From: Daphnia carinata | Taxonomy: Eukaryota | DNA: 64,000 bases | Direction of reading: 5' to 3' | Assembly (NCBI RefSeq): GCF_022539665.2 | Contig: NC_081331.1 | Coordinates: forward strand, 6,324,001-6,388,000 | Shown: positions 50,288 through 60,589 of the stretch, in pieces | How the letters are laid out: each line of letters opens with the position of its first letter | How positions within the stretch are numbered: position 1 is the first letter of the stretch | Program-made: the position numbers and the translations under genes | The notes under the pieces: model-generated | The model's input: the letters and a program-made list of their open reading frames with translations, nothing else | What the model was told of the DNA's origin: nothing | Databases searched by the model: none

Positions 50288-50613
50288 AAACTAACACGTT
50301 GGCTGCCACGCCACCATTTTCTACTGTCGCTAGTGTCGCTATCCTAGGGATAGCGACCAAGGGGGCCGGGTAGGCCGGGCTGACACGGCGATGAGACCTT
50401 TTTGGGAACGCACACCCCAGGTCTCATCAGCCGCATCGAAAAAGGGAATTCCCTGTGGTGCGTTGCCTAGGGGCCATTCGGCCAATCTTGGGCAGTGGCG
50501 CTGCTCCACCCCATGGCAGATAGACCATGGAGCAGAACAGCGCGGCCCGTCCCTGTCAAGCTACAAAAAAAAAGGGGATCAAAGTGGGTGGGTGGCAGCC
50601 AACGTGTTAGTTT
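50288..50613. mobile_element. 326-bp MITE
   Basis: Perfect 22-bp inverted repeat AAACTAACACGTTGGCTGCCAC (50288-50309 and 50592-50613); GC-rich interior; internal 10-bp-stem palindrome at 50335-50357. Confidence 0.85.
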
Positions 50614-50654
50614 GCAAAACATAATACAACATAAAACAAAACACAACCATACCA

Positions 50655-50850
50655 CGAAGACGAGGCGACCACGAGGTGATGAAGGGGCGATAGGGGAGGC
50701 GTAGACGGCGTGACCACGAGGCGATGACAGGGCGACGACGACGGGCGAGGCGACGGGAGAGGCGAAGACGGGGCGACGGGCGAGGCGACGGGCGAGGCGA
50801 AGACGGCTACAGGCGAGGCGACGGACGGGGCGAAAAGCCAGGCGACGAAG
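50655..50850 (+). repeat. Purine-rich GGCGA/GACG degenerate minisatellite
   Basis: Repeated ggcgaggcgacg-type units with very few T on the + strand. Confidence 0.85.
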
Positions 50851-53800
50851 GATTATGAAGTGAAGAACGGGCAAAACTTAGAATTTTGATTCAATTTTGC
50901 GTGGAACAGAAGATGATGGCATAGTTCTAAATGATAAATATGAAGAAAACGTTACTACATGTGGAATATAATATTATTGGCATAATTATAACAGGGAAGG
51001 AAATTTACTTTACCCTGTTGTCCAAAGACGCAAAAGTTGTTGGGCTGGTAATTTTGCTGAAGGAGAAGGCTCGGCAGACCTACGATGGGATATTATATTT
51101 AAAGAATGGCAACAGTAGATAAGCCTCAAACTTAAAATACCAAACAGGACTGGCTGTGATGTCCATTTCTATGTAAGTTGGTTGGTAGTGGTTAATCATT
51201 GGAATCCAAACAAAGAGGGACACGATGCACTAGTCAGATTAAAGCTGTTTCTGATGACTAGGCAAAGGGTAGTCAAATGAGACAGTGGTGTGTTGGTTCT
51301 ATCATTGGTGACCTTCCCACTGGTTAGTATGTCTTCCGTTGTAAGTTTTACAAAGCTAGATGTTAAAGTCAGAATCATGCCAATATTAACGGCCACACAC
51401 AAGTTACATACCTCTAAATAGAGCAACAGAGTAGCATGATGGAATGCTAAGGTCATAGTTCTTTGACAGAGCAATTTGTGACAGTTTGGAATTGGCAGCT
51501 TGCATAGCTTGCAAGATTGCCCGTTACATGAAAAATGAAATATTTGGTTTGCTTCACGTCCAAAACGACACAGGGAATAAAACACTTAATAGTACTTAAT
51601 TTTATACAACTTTTCACTGGAGTCTAACATTTTTAACAAAGACTTTCAAGCAGGATTAACTGCTTACACCACTGTCACACGTAAACATTCCACCATTTTG
51701 AAAGCGCAACAGCGACGTCTAGTTTTTTTCTCAACAACCAAAATAAAAGTGAATCGAAGAAGAATTAGTGAACAAGTTGTTTATTAAAAAACCTCGGTAT
51801 TACCATTAAAATACATGATTTAGATTGGAAATTTCACAGGGCTTTTTACAAGCGTGTCTGACCAGCATCAAACTGTAGTTTAAGAATAAATAATCTTACG
51901 CGTTTTTGTTTAAAATAGTACTTCCCATCTCTTGCCAGCTTTTAGTCGTATAAATATCAACACATAATCACCAGGTTTTTCTTGTGTCTTCTCGGTTAGA
52001 AAATGAAAATACAAAATGACAAGGTTAAGTCAAAACAACGAATTACTAGAAGATCAACTGTCGGTCACACAACATGATACAAAAACACGACATTTACATA
52101 TAAAACAATCGGTTCGGTATTGCGAACGCCTGTGTGCCCTTTGCGCTAATACCAATTTAATGAAGATATTGACCAAAAAGAACGACATTTTAGTTTTTTG
52201 CGCTCGTCCCCAGAGTCAGACGATTGAACGTAAAAAGTATAAAACACGCTCAAAATAGCCCAGAGAAAACTGAATCGGATAGCGCGGAATAACACGCAGG
52301 AGAATACCGAGTAGTCTAACAAGAATAACGTTTATTACCTTTCAGCAGATTGTAAAACGGTGACAGTCAGTAGGATGTTTCGTATCCAATTGGAGACGCC
52401 TACGTAGATCCTTGGGAAACTAAAAATTTTGGGCAAATCAAACAGTCCTCAAAACCCACTTCCTGGTGACGCAAGTTCACATATTATTTACATACTTTAA
52501 CGGCTGTTGATGCTAGCTGCAATTTTTCCGGCGCAATGTAAATCCATCAATATTAGTAACCTAGAAAGTGAAAGTTTCTATTAGAAGAAAATAAGGATGA
52601 TTCTTAATGTTCCGAGAATAATTAAACTTCGATAGGTCTTATTTACTAATTACTCACCCGATTTAGTATGTGTCACGCACCCTTGTTTTGCGTAACAGCC
52701 AGACAGAGAAAACATTTTAAACCTTGGCTAAGGAGATCCGCCGGGCTCATCCAGGTTACGTGCTAGTGCTTTTCCATAAAACCTTCATTGTTAACTTGTT
52801 TGGAATTGATGTGACTCCTTGTTGTAATCATAGTAGGAGAGCAATCCCTTGATTTAATGTAATCTGGAAGGGAAAAATATTATAACGATTCAAGAAAAAC
52901 ATGGCTATTAAGATTACCACTAACTAAAATCTTAATCCTTTGAAGATAAGTTTTGTGCATTTCAAGAATTATTGAACATCAGAATTTTCTATTAATTCAC
53001 CATCAGGACAGATTAATATGTACCACTGCTATTGAAAAATGTAGACTGTACGTGATGTGTGCGATAAAAAAATCCAGAAAAATATCTGTTAATTCAAGTT
53101 CATCTAATTTTCATCCATTCTACCATACCATTTCATTCCAACTACAGGGGAAACGGCCTCACGTGCAGAGACCTATCAAGGCGTATTCGGTTTTCTCAAG
53201 TATAAAGCACGCTTTGAAATAGATGGAATGTTTGTCTGTTGGAAAGCAAACGAAATCATCCAGAGCCATTTCGGTCAGTATGGGGACGAGTTGAGTGCAA
53301 TCCGGCCGAAAACCTTCGACGAAATCAACAGAAAGCATTGAAAACTTCCTCGATCGACAACTGAATTCGACATCTTGTTAACTATATGTTTTGCCCTGAT
53401 GAGGAATGAATCACACACTTCTGGGATTTAAACTACGATAGGCCTACTCCAATATACAGACATAATGCAATTTTAAAACATCCGCCGCGTATATTCGAGA
53501 AAGCCTATTAAGCATAAAATCAAAAGGTGTGTATATATAGTTTACATGATGTGAAATAAGAAAAAAAAATCACCCGAATTGTAAATTTATTAAATAAATC
53601 CCGTGCTTAAGGCTTCGCCTTTAGACCTTAGCCGGATTTAACTTCACCCCGTTCCCACACTGACCAAAACGGCTCTTAGTGATTCCGTTTCGTTCTGCCT
53701 GCATTTTCACTTTCAAAGAAATACATTAAACAAAGATAAATTTATACGTAATAAATAAATATCCGCAAGGAGGCCGTTCCCTTTGTAATTGGAATTAACT

Positions 53801-55457
53801 TTGAATTTGTGGAATAGAATGGTATAGTAAAATGGAGGACGATTGAGGGATTACTTATGACAAACTACGCAAGATATCTAGATGTTAGAATGATTTGGAT
53901 CTAAATGGATGTCCTACCTCGTTCACATCACTTGAACATTTCAATTATATATGAATACGGGAAGAGCTTCTCAGCACTCAACTTCAGATTGAGAAGCGTA
54001 AAATTTTAAATAAATACTATTACTTGTATGGCTTCCAACTATTTTGAAGTTGAAGCTTTGCTGCTGTGCCAATTCCGGATGTTTAACTCTGTGTTTCTAA
54101 TAACAAACCCTTATGATAATGGTAGATACATGGTTGCATGTTGCTGCGTAGTCGGTTGTTTTAAAGACGAATGCTTCCTTTTCTTTGCTCTCGTTTCACA
54201 GATAAGAAAGACTTCAGATTAATATAGCACATAAAAGAATTATACGACTCAAACCTTACCTAGGCCATGGTTATTTCAGACATCAGCAGTGTTGGCAATA
54301 CAAGACGCACTGAAAACGTGATACAATTTTGAAAATGTTTTAGTAATGATTAAAATGGAATCTCAAAACGACATGCCTTGCTTATAGAAGAATAAGGTTT
54401 TCACAGCTAAACGCAAAGTCCTCGAAGTACATAGCGTAAAGTGAAAGCTGTAACAAAAATAAATTATGAAAACAATTAATGAATAAATATTTGTATAATA
54501 ACGTACCACGTAGTATCTAGATTCCAACCTTTTTGTTGTTTTAGCCATGGCAACATGGATATCGACGGATAAACGTCAAACATGCGAAAAGCAGTACGGT
54601 AGTCCAAAAACTCTTATCGGTTTTCTATGTAAATCTAACACAACCATGCCCAAAAAGAAAAGAAATATGTATATATGATGAATTAAACATGTGGTCTAAA
54701 GAAGAATAGCAAAAGTCAGTTAATCATATAGCTTTACCATGAATGAGAACCTGCAACTGGTTACTGATGTAGTTTTTTCTTCAAACAAAAGCTTTCTTGT
54801 TGTCCACATACTGTTGTGTATATTTGTTGTTCCATATCGCCGTTGATTCCAAAAACAGAACTATGAACAAATCGAGCTCGCTGAAGACGTTTCTGAGCGT
54901 ATAGAACAAAGTTATGAGCATGCAAAAACTTCCATTGCATACCTAAGAGAGCTTAAAAGAACTTCAACTTCTATTTCTTCACCTGACTAACTCTTTCTTT
55001 TAAGATGACTATTACTAACTATGGAACTAACCTGGAAAAAGTAGTACTATGGGGTTCTTAGAGGCGACAGCAAGACTCCACGTTTGAAGAGTAGCAGCCT
55101 GGATGAACACAGAAGCGCCGGGGGATAGGTAGATTTTCTTCGGCCGCCAAGTGGCGCTAATTTTCCTTAGGAGTAGGTGAAAGAATATGAAAGAAGTTTT
55201 AAATTTATATAAATTTGTCAATTTTAAATAGTCTACTAGTACTACTGTACGTAATGGTGTTAGATACAAAAAGAAACAACAAAAACTTACAGGTATCGAA
55301 TTGGGTCACATATCCCGATCATAAGCGTCTGCATCCACGAGCCGTCTTTCAGGCCGTGGGGAGGCTAACGAACAGCCTACGTTCAATGTTCCCCTCTTCT
55401 CCACCCTTCAGTTTGTGGGTCGATCCTTAACGTGTAGTGAACAGTACTACAGATCGA

Positions 55458-55540
55458 TTTTTAGCCTGGCAAGGCTTTTTTTGCCATTTTTAGCCTGGCA
55501 AGGCTTTTTTTTGCCATTTTTAGCCTGGCAAGGCTTTTCT
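55458..55540. repeat. 30-bp tandem repeat x3 with internal AGCCT/AGGCT palindrome (mirror at ~59685-59765)
   Basis: ttttagcctggcaaggcttttttt(gcca) repeated three times. Confidence 0.9.
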
Positions 55541-55758
55541 GGTGTACCATTTAGCCCCGTTATAGTAGGCATGGCTCTTCTTTTCTCTCTTCTTTTATTC
55601 TTTCTTCTTTTTTTCTCACTTCTTTTATTCTTGCTTCTTTTTTTTCTCACTTCTTTTATTCTTTCTTCTTTTTTTCTTTCTTCTTCTTTTCTTTCTTGAA
55701 TGAGTAGAATCTTGCGTATCTTGAATGCTGAATTGGAGGGAAAGGGAGGGAGGGAAAT

Positions 55759-55831
55759 TGGCGGTGGCGGGACTTGAACCCGGGGCCCTCAGAATGCGAA
55801 GCGAAGGTGGTAACCACTGTGCCAGGACCGC
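55759..55831 (-). pseudogene. tRNA-Ala(CGC)-like relic or SINE-like head (left arm)
   Basis: Mirror of 59408-59480. Confidence 0.65.
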
Positions 55832-55898
55832 ACATCCCAAACAAATTTTGCTTTGGGTGTCACCCTTTGAAATAGGTAGCTTATGAAGCAATGGAATA

Positions 55899-55968
55899 GT
55901 GTAGTATGGCGCTATGGCTTAGTATACGGCTACCATGCTGATTTCACGGGTTCGATTCTATGTTTTTA
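55899..55968 (+). pseudogene. Decayed tRNA-like sequence, Gly-like (mirror at ~59271-59340)
   Basis: A-box-like TGGCGCTATGG, loop CT ACC AT, B box GGGTTCGATTC. Confidence 0.5.
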
Positions 55969-57044
55969 TAATTATATTAATATTTTTTTTTACGTTTAGC
56001 AACGCACTAGTAACTTTTGCCCGTGCAAGACCTGGGGATAGCGCATTTTAACGCTTCTTTTTCTTAATTTTAGTCGGTCAATCGTTAATTTGAGCCTAAT
56101 TTATTCGTTATTTTGCCGTCTAATTTTAATTCTTTTTTCATATTAAAACACTCCCTATTTTTGCCCGCAAACCCTCTCACTTTATTTATTTACTAGTAAC
56201 GTTGAGCCCGTCCACGGCCGGGGGATAGTTGGCGCTAGCGTATTTTTACGCTATTTTTAAGAAAATTGACCCATGCCTATTTTTTGCCCGTCTACTCTTA
56301 ATTCTATTCATCAATCAAGAGTTCCCCTTTCATCCCCGCCGACCCACTCATTGTTTCTGCCGGCCATCCCCTCACTTTCTCTGCCCAACCACACTTTACC
56401 CGTCGACCCCCTCTCTGCCCGTCAACCCACACTCTGCCCGTCAACTCCCATTCTGCCCCCAAAAATGCCTACTGGGGGAACATCTACCTTTTTTTGCATT
56501 TGCCCACCCTTTCGTCACAGTCTCGGCCCGTCAACACCCCCGCTATAGTTGTCCGTCCATCCATTTTTTGCTTCTGCCCGCTAAGAAGCCCGCTGTTATT
56601 GCCCGTAGACCCTCTCTCTGCCCGTCAGCCCCCGTTCTGCCCGTCGGCCCCCTCGCTGCCCGTCGACCCACTCATCTGCCCGTCGGCCCACGCGCTGCCT
56701 GTCGACCCACTCGCTTCCCGTGACGTGACTCGTGATGTGACAGACACAGGCTCCTCCTCTTCAAAGACATCATGTGTCGCCATCTAGGTAAAATCCAGTT
56801 CAGTCAGATTCAAACAAAAAACAAGCTTAACTTTGTCTTTACTTATTTTCTCAGAAATCTGGATTGCTATAAAAACCCATGATTTTGAATCGAAATTCAA
56901 CGATGATGTCGGAAAACCAGTGCGTTTTTAGTTGCGTTTTTTCGGAACGAATATCGTTTGGCCTTTCGAAAATCGATTAAAGGATCCGATAAGCAAGAAC
57001 CCATTTGGCGTAGTCAATGGGGGGGGGGGGTGCTTAGGTCTTGC

Positions 57045-57880
57045 GTGTCTTGCCCCAACCAAGAATCTTTTCAGATCCAATGTTACTATCAACCTATACT
57101 GAGAAAAGCAAAACACCATTAAGCATCTCAATTGTTGCTCATGTGACTTACATGACTCATAGATTCAACTTCTGGCAGAAGCTTGGGAAAGGCCATACAA
57201 ATTGCAGATGAAAATCATTGTATAAGGCTCTTGAATGATAAAATAGCACCCGTAGAATGTTGCATTGTTGATAGCTGTGTTCCCAGTATGCTGAAAATCC
57301 TTTCCTATTGGATAAATTTTTTTTTGTAGATTAGACATGGTTGGCAAAAAGGAGGAGAAATGCTTCGTCATAAATTCAAAAATTTTTCAAGAAAATTTCT
57401 TTCATACCTAAAGAGTCCATGTATGATGTTCATCGCTGCAATGCCAGCGAAGTGAAACATCTTTAGGGCCATTTATGTACCCAGCTTCACCAACACTCTG
57501 AACGTTAAGGACAAGTTGTTCTTTAGCAAGAGAAGCAGAATTATTTGAGGCTTCTAGCTGTGACAGAACTATAAAGGATTGCTGTTATACAGGATTCATT
57601 CACACAAGATGGTACTTCTCATTAGACAATTTGCATACTCTATTACTTTACCTCATACCTTAACGGCAATGCACTCTCAGTGTTTTTTCAACTGTAGGCT
57701 CACTCTTCCATCCTGTAACACTTCCAGACTTGACTTGATCCCCCGCTAAAATTCTGTGAATGTAAAACAATAGCATTAAAAATACTTTTTCGATAGACAA
57801 AAAACCAAAAAGTACCTAATCCATGTTTGATGTTGAGCTCATGCCGTTTCTGGGTTTCCGTACCACACCCATTTTCGGCA
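57045..57880 (-). repeat. Diverged inverted copy of 48417-49257, forming most of the palindrome spacer
   Basis: Reverse-complement match from gtgtcttgccccaaccaagaatc to cacccattttcggc. Confidence 0.9.
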
Positions 57881-58190
57881 GACTTTATGGCAATATTAAT
57901 CAAAGCCACACGTCCCACTATGAAATGGATGTTGAAAAGCAAATAAAAACCTGTTGAGATGGATATCAGGAGAATCAGAATAGATCTCAATCAACTTCAG
58001 TTATTCCCTTCCCTATAGTACTTAGTGACATAGAAGAGAAGACCTAAAATGCAAAGGTAAAAATATTGGGCATAATTGCAGTTTACCAAGCATAGTAGCA
58101 AAATAAAATAATTATCAAAGAAAAACATATGCACACTTGGGTTGCCGAATGGGTAAGTTTGATGCAAACTATGGCAATCCGTTTTACACA

Positions 58191-58222
<32 letters not shown>

Positions 58223-58469
58223 TTGACTACGCCAAATGGGTTCTTGCTTATCGGATCCTTTAATCGATTTTCGAAAGGCCAAACGATATTCGTTCCGAAA
58301 AAACGCAACTAAAAACGCACTGGTTTTCCGACATCATCGTTGAATTTCGATTCAAAATCATGGGTTTTTATAGCAATCCAGATTTCTGAGAAAATAAGTA
58401 AAGACAAAGTTAAGCTTGTTTTTTGTTTGAATCTGACTGAACTGGATTTTACCTAGATGGCGACACATG

Positions 58470-59233
58470 ATGTCTTTGAAGAGGAGGAGCCTGTGTCTGT
58501 CACATCACGAGTCACGTCACGGGAAGCGAGTGGGTCGACAGGCAGCGCGTGGGCCGACGGGCAGATGAGTGGGTCGACGGGCAGCGAGGGGGCCGACGGG
58601 CAGAACGGGGGCTGACGGGCAGAGAGAGGGTCTACGGGCAATAACAGCGGGCTTCTTAGCGGGCAGAAGCAAAAAATGGATGGACGGACAACTATAGCGG
58701 GGGTGTTGACGGGCCGAGACTGTGACGAAAGGGTGGGCAAATGCAAAAAAAGGTAGATGTTCCCCAGTAGGCATTTTTGGGGGCAGAATGGGAGTTGACG
58801 GGCAGAGTGTGGGTTGACGGGCAGAGAGGGGGTCGACGGGTAAAGTGTGGTTGGGCAGAGAAAGTGAGGGGATGGCCGGCAGAAACAATGAGTGGGTCGG
58901 CGGGGATGAAAGGGGAACTCTTGATTGATGAATAGAATTAAGAGTAGACGGGCAAAAAATAGGCATGGGTCAATTTTCTTAAAAATAGCGTAAAAATACG
59001 CTAGCGCCAACTATCCCCCGGCCGTGGACGGGCTCAACGTTACTAGTAAATAAATAAAGTGAGAGGGTTTGCGGGCAAAAATAGGGAGTGTTTTAATATG
59101 AAAAAAGAATTAAAATTAGACGGCAAAATAACGAATAAATTAGGCTCAAATTAACGATTGACCGACTAAAATTAAGAAAAAGAAGCGTTAAAATGCGCTA
59201 TCCCCAGGTCTTGCACGGGCAAAAGTTACTAGT
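58470..59233 (+). mobile_element. Helitron-like non-autonomous segment with GACGGGCA minisatellite and two tandem 3' ends (mirror ~56006-56770)
   Basis: GC-rich hairpin CCCGGCCGTGGACGGG about 10 nt before CTAG|T (59043-59047); a second related end at 59201-59233. The 5' TC end is not certain. Confidence 0.55.
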
Positions 59234-59407
59234 GCGTTGCTAAACGTAAAAAAAAATATTAATATAATTATAAAAACATAGAATCGAACCCGTGAAATCA
59301 GCATGGTAGCCGTATACTAAGCCATAGCGCCATACTACACTATTCCATTGCTTCATAAGCTACCTATTTCAATGGGTGACACCCAAAGCAAAATTTGTTT
59401 GGGATGT

Positions 59408-59480
59408 GCGGTCCTGGCACAGTGGTTACCACCTTCGCTTCGCATTCTGAGGGCCCCGGGTTCAAGTCCCGCCACCGCCA
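59408..59480 (+). pseudogene. tRNA-Ala(CGC)-like relic or SINE-like head (right arm)
   Basis: GCGGTCC TGGCACAGTGG (A box)...TT CGC AT...GGGTTCAAGTCCC (B box) ending CACCGCCA. D and anticodon stems do not pair. Followed by an AAG-rich tract at 59541-59648. Confidence 0.65.
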
Positions 59481-60589
59481 ATTTCCCTCCCTCCCTTTCC
59501 CTCCAATTCATCATTCAAGATACGCAAGATTCTACTCATTCAAGAAAGAAAAGAAGAAGAAAGAAAAAAAGAAGAAAGAATAAAAGAAGAAAGAATAAAA
59601 GAAGTGAGAAAAAAAGAAGAAAGAATAAAAGAAGAGAGAAAAGAAGAGCCATGCCTACTATAACGGGGCTAAATGGTACACCAAAAAAGCCTTGCCAGGC
59701 TAAAAATGGCAAAAAAAAGCCTTGCCAGGCTAAAAATGGCAAAAAAAGCCTTGCCAGGCTAAAAATCGATCTGTAGTACTGTTCACTACACGTTAAGGAT
59801 CGACCCACAAACTGAAGGGTGGAGAAGAGGGGAACATTGAACGTAGGCTGTTCGTTAGCCTCCCCACGGCCTGAAAGACGGCTCGTGGATGCAGACGCTT
59901 ATGATCGGGATATGTGACCCAATTCGATACCTGTAAGTTTTTGTTGTTTCTTTTTGTATCTAACACCATTACGTACAGTAGTACTAGTAGACTATTTAAA
60001 ATTGACAAATTTATATAAATTTAAAACTTCTTTCATATTCTTTCACCTACTCCTAAGGAAAATTAGCGCCACTTGGCGGCCGAAGAAAATCTACCTATCC
60101 CCCGGCGCTTCTGTGTTCATCCAGGCTGCTACTCTTCAAACGTGGAGTCTTGCTGTCGCCTCTAAGAACCCCATAGTACTACTTTTTCCAGGTTAGTTCC
60201 ATAGTTAGTAATAGTCATCTTAAAAGAAAGAGTTAGTCAGGTGAAGAAATAGAAGTTGAAGTTCTTTTAAGCTCTCTTAGGTATGCAATGGAAGTTTTTG
60301 CATGCTCATAACTTTGTTCTATACGCTCAGAAACGTCTTCAGCGAGCTCGATTTGTTCATAGTTCTGTTTTTGGAATCAACGGCGATATGGAACAACAAA
60401 TATACACAACAGTATGTGGACAACAAGAAAGCTTTTGTTTGAAGAAAAAACTACATCAGTAACCAGTTGCAGGTTCTCATTCATGGTAAAGCTATATGAT
60501 TAACTGACTTTTGCTATTCTTCTTTAGACCACATGTTTAATTCATCATATATACATATTTCTTTTCTTTTTGGGCATGGTTGTGTTAGA

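Larger units (their letters stand above)
47674..57030 (+). mobile_element. Putative ~9.4 kb non-autonomous composite DNA element (TATGGCAATCC family), right terminus lost at a G-tract
   Basis: Left end TATGGCAATCCGTTTTACA plus A-run at 47674. Its right 5.8 kb mirrors 58193-64000, which itself starts with the same 19-mer at 58170. That it is a single element is inferred. Confidence 0.55.
51223..57030 (-). repeat. Left arm of large inverted repeat (extent visible in window)
   Basis: Reverse complement of 58193-64000. Mirrored identical ORF pairs in the track, e.g. 52016/62963, 52953/61999, 54028/61001, 55027/59954. Confidence 0.98.

Noticed and set aside
50467..50874. 135-aa Arg/Ala/Pro-rich ORF
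   Set aside because: It is the antisense reading of the GGCGA minisatellite running into a MITE.
55458..55540. CRISPR-like palindromic 30-bp repeats
   Set aside because: Head-to-tail repeats with no unique spacers, no cas genes, and a eukaryotic context.
58453..59010. Pro-rich ORFs of 149-185 aa (mirror 56229-56787)
   Set aside because: They come from a GC-rich minisatellite open in several frames, with a frameshift between the arms.
59408..59480. Functional tRNA-Ala with encoded CCA
   Set aside because: D and anticodon stems do not pair and the acceptor has mismatches; treated as a relic.
59348..59776. Lys/Arg-rich 142-aa ORF, its antisense Leu/Phe-rich ORF and their mirrors
   Set aside because: They are translations of a tRNA relic, an AAG microsatellite and a 30-bp tandem repeat; the frame differs between the arms.
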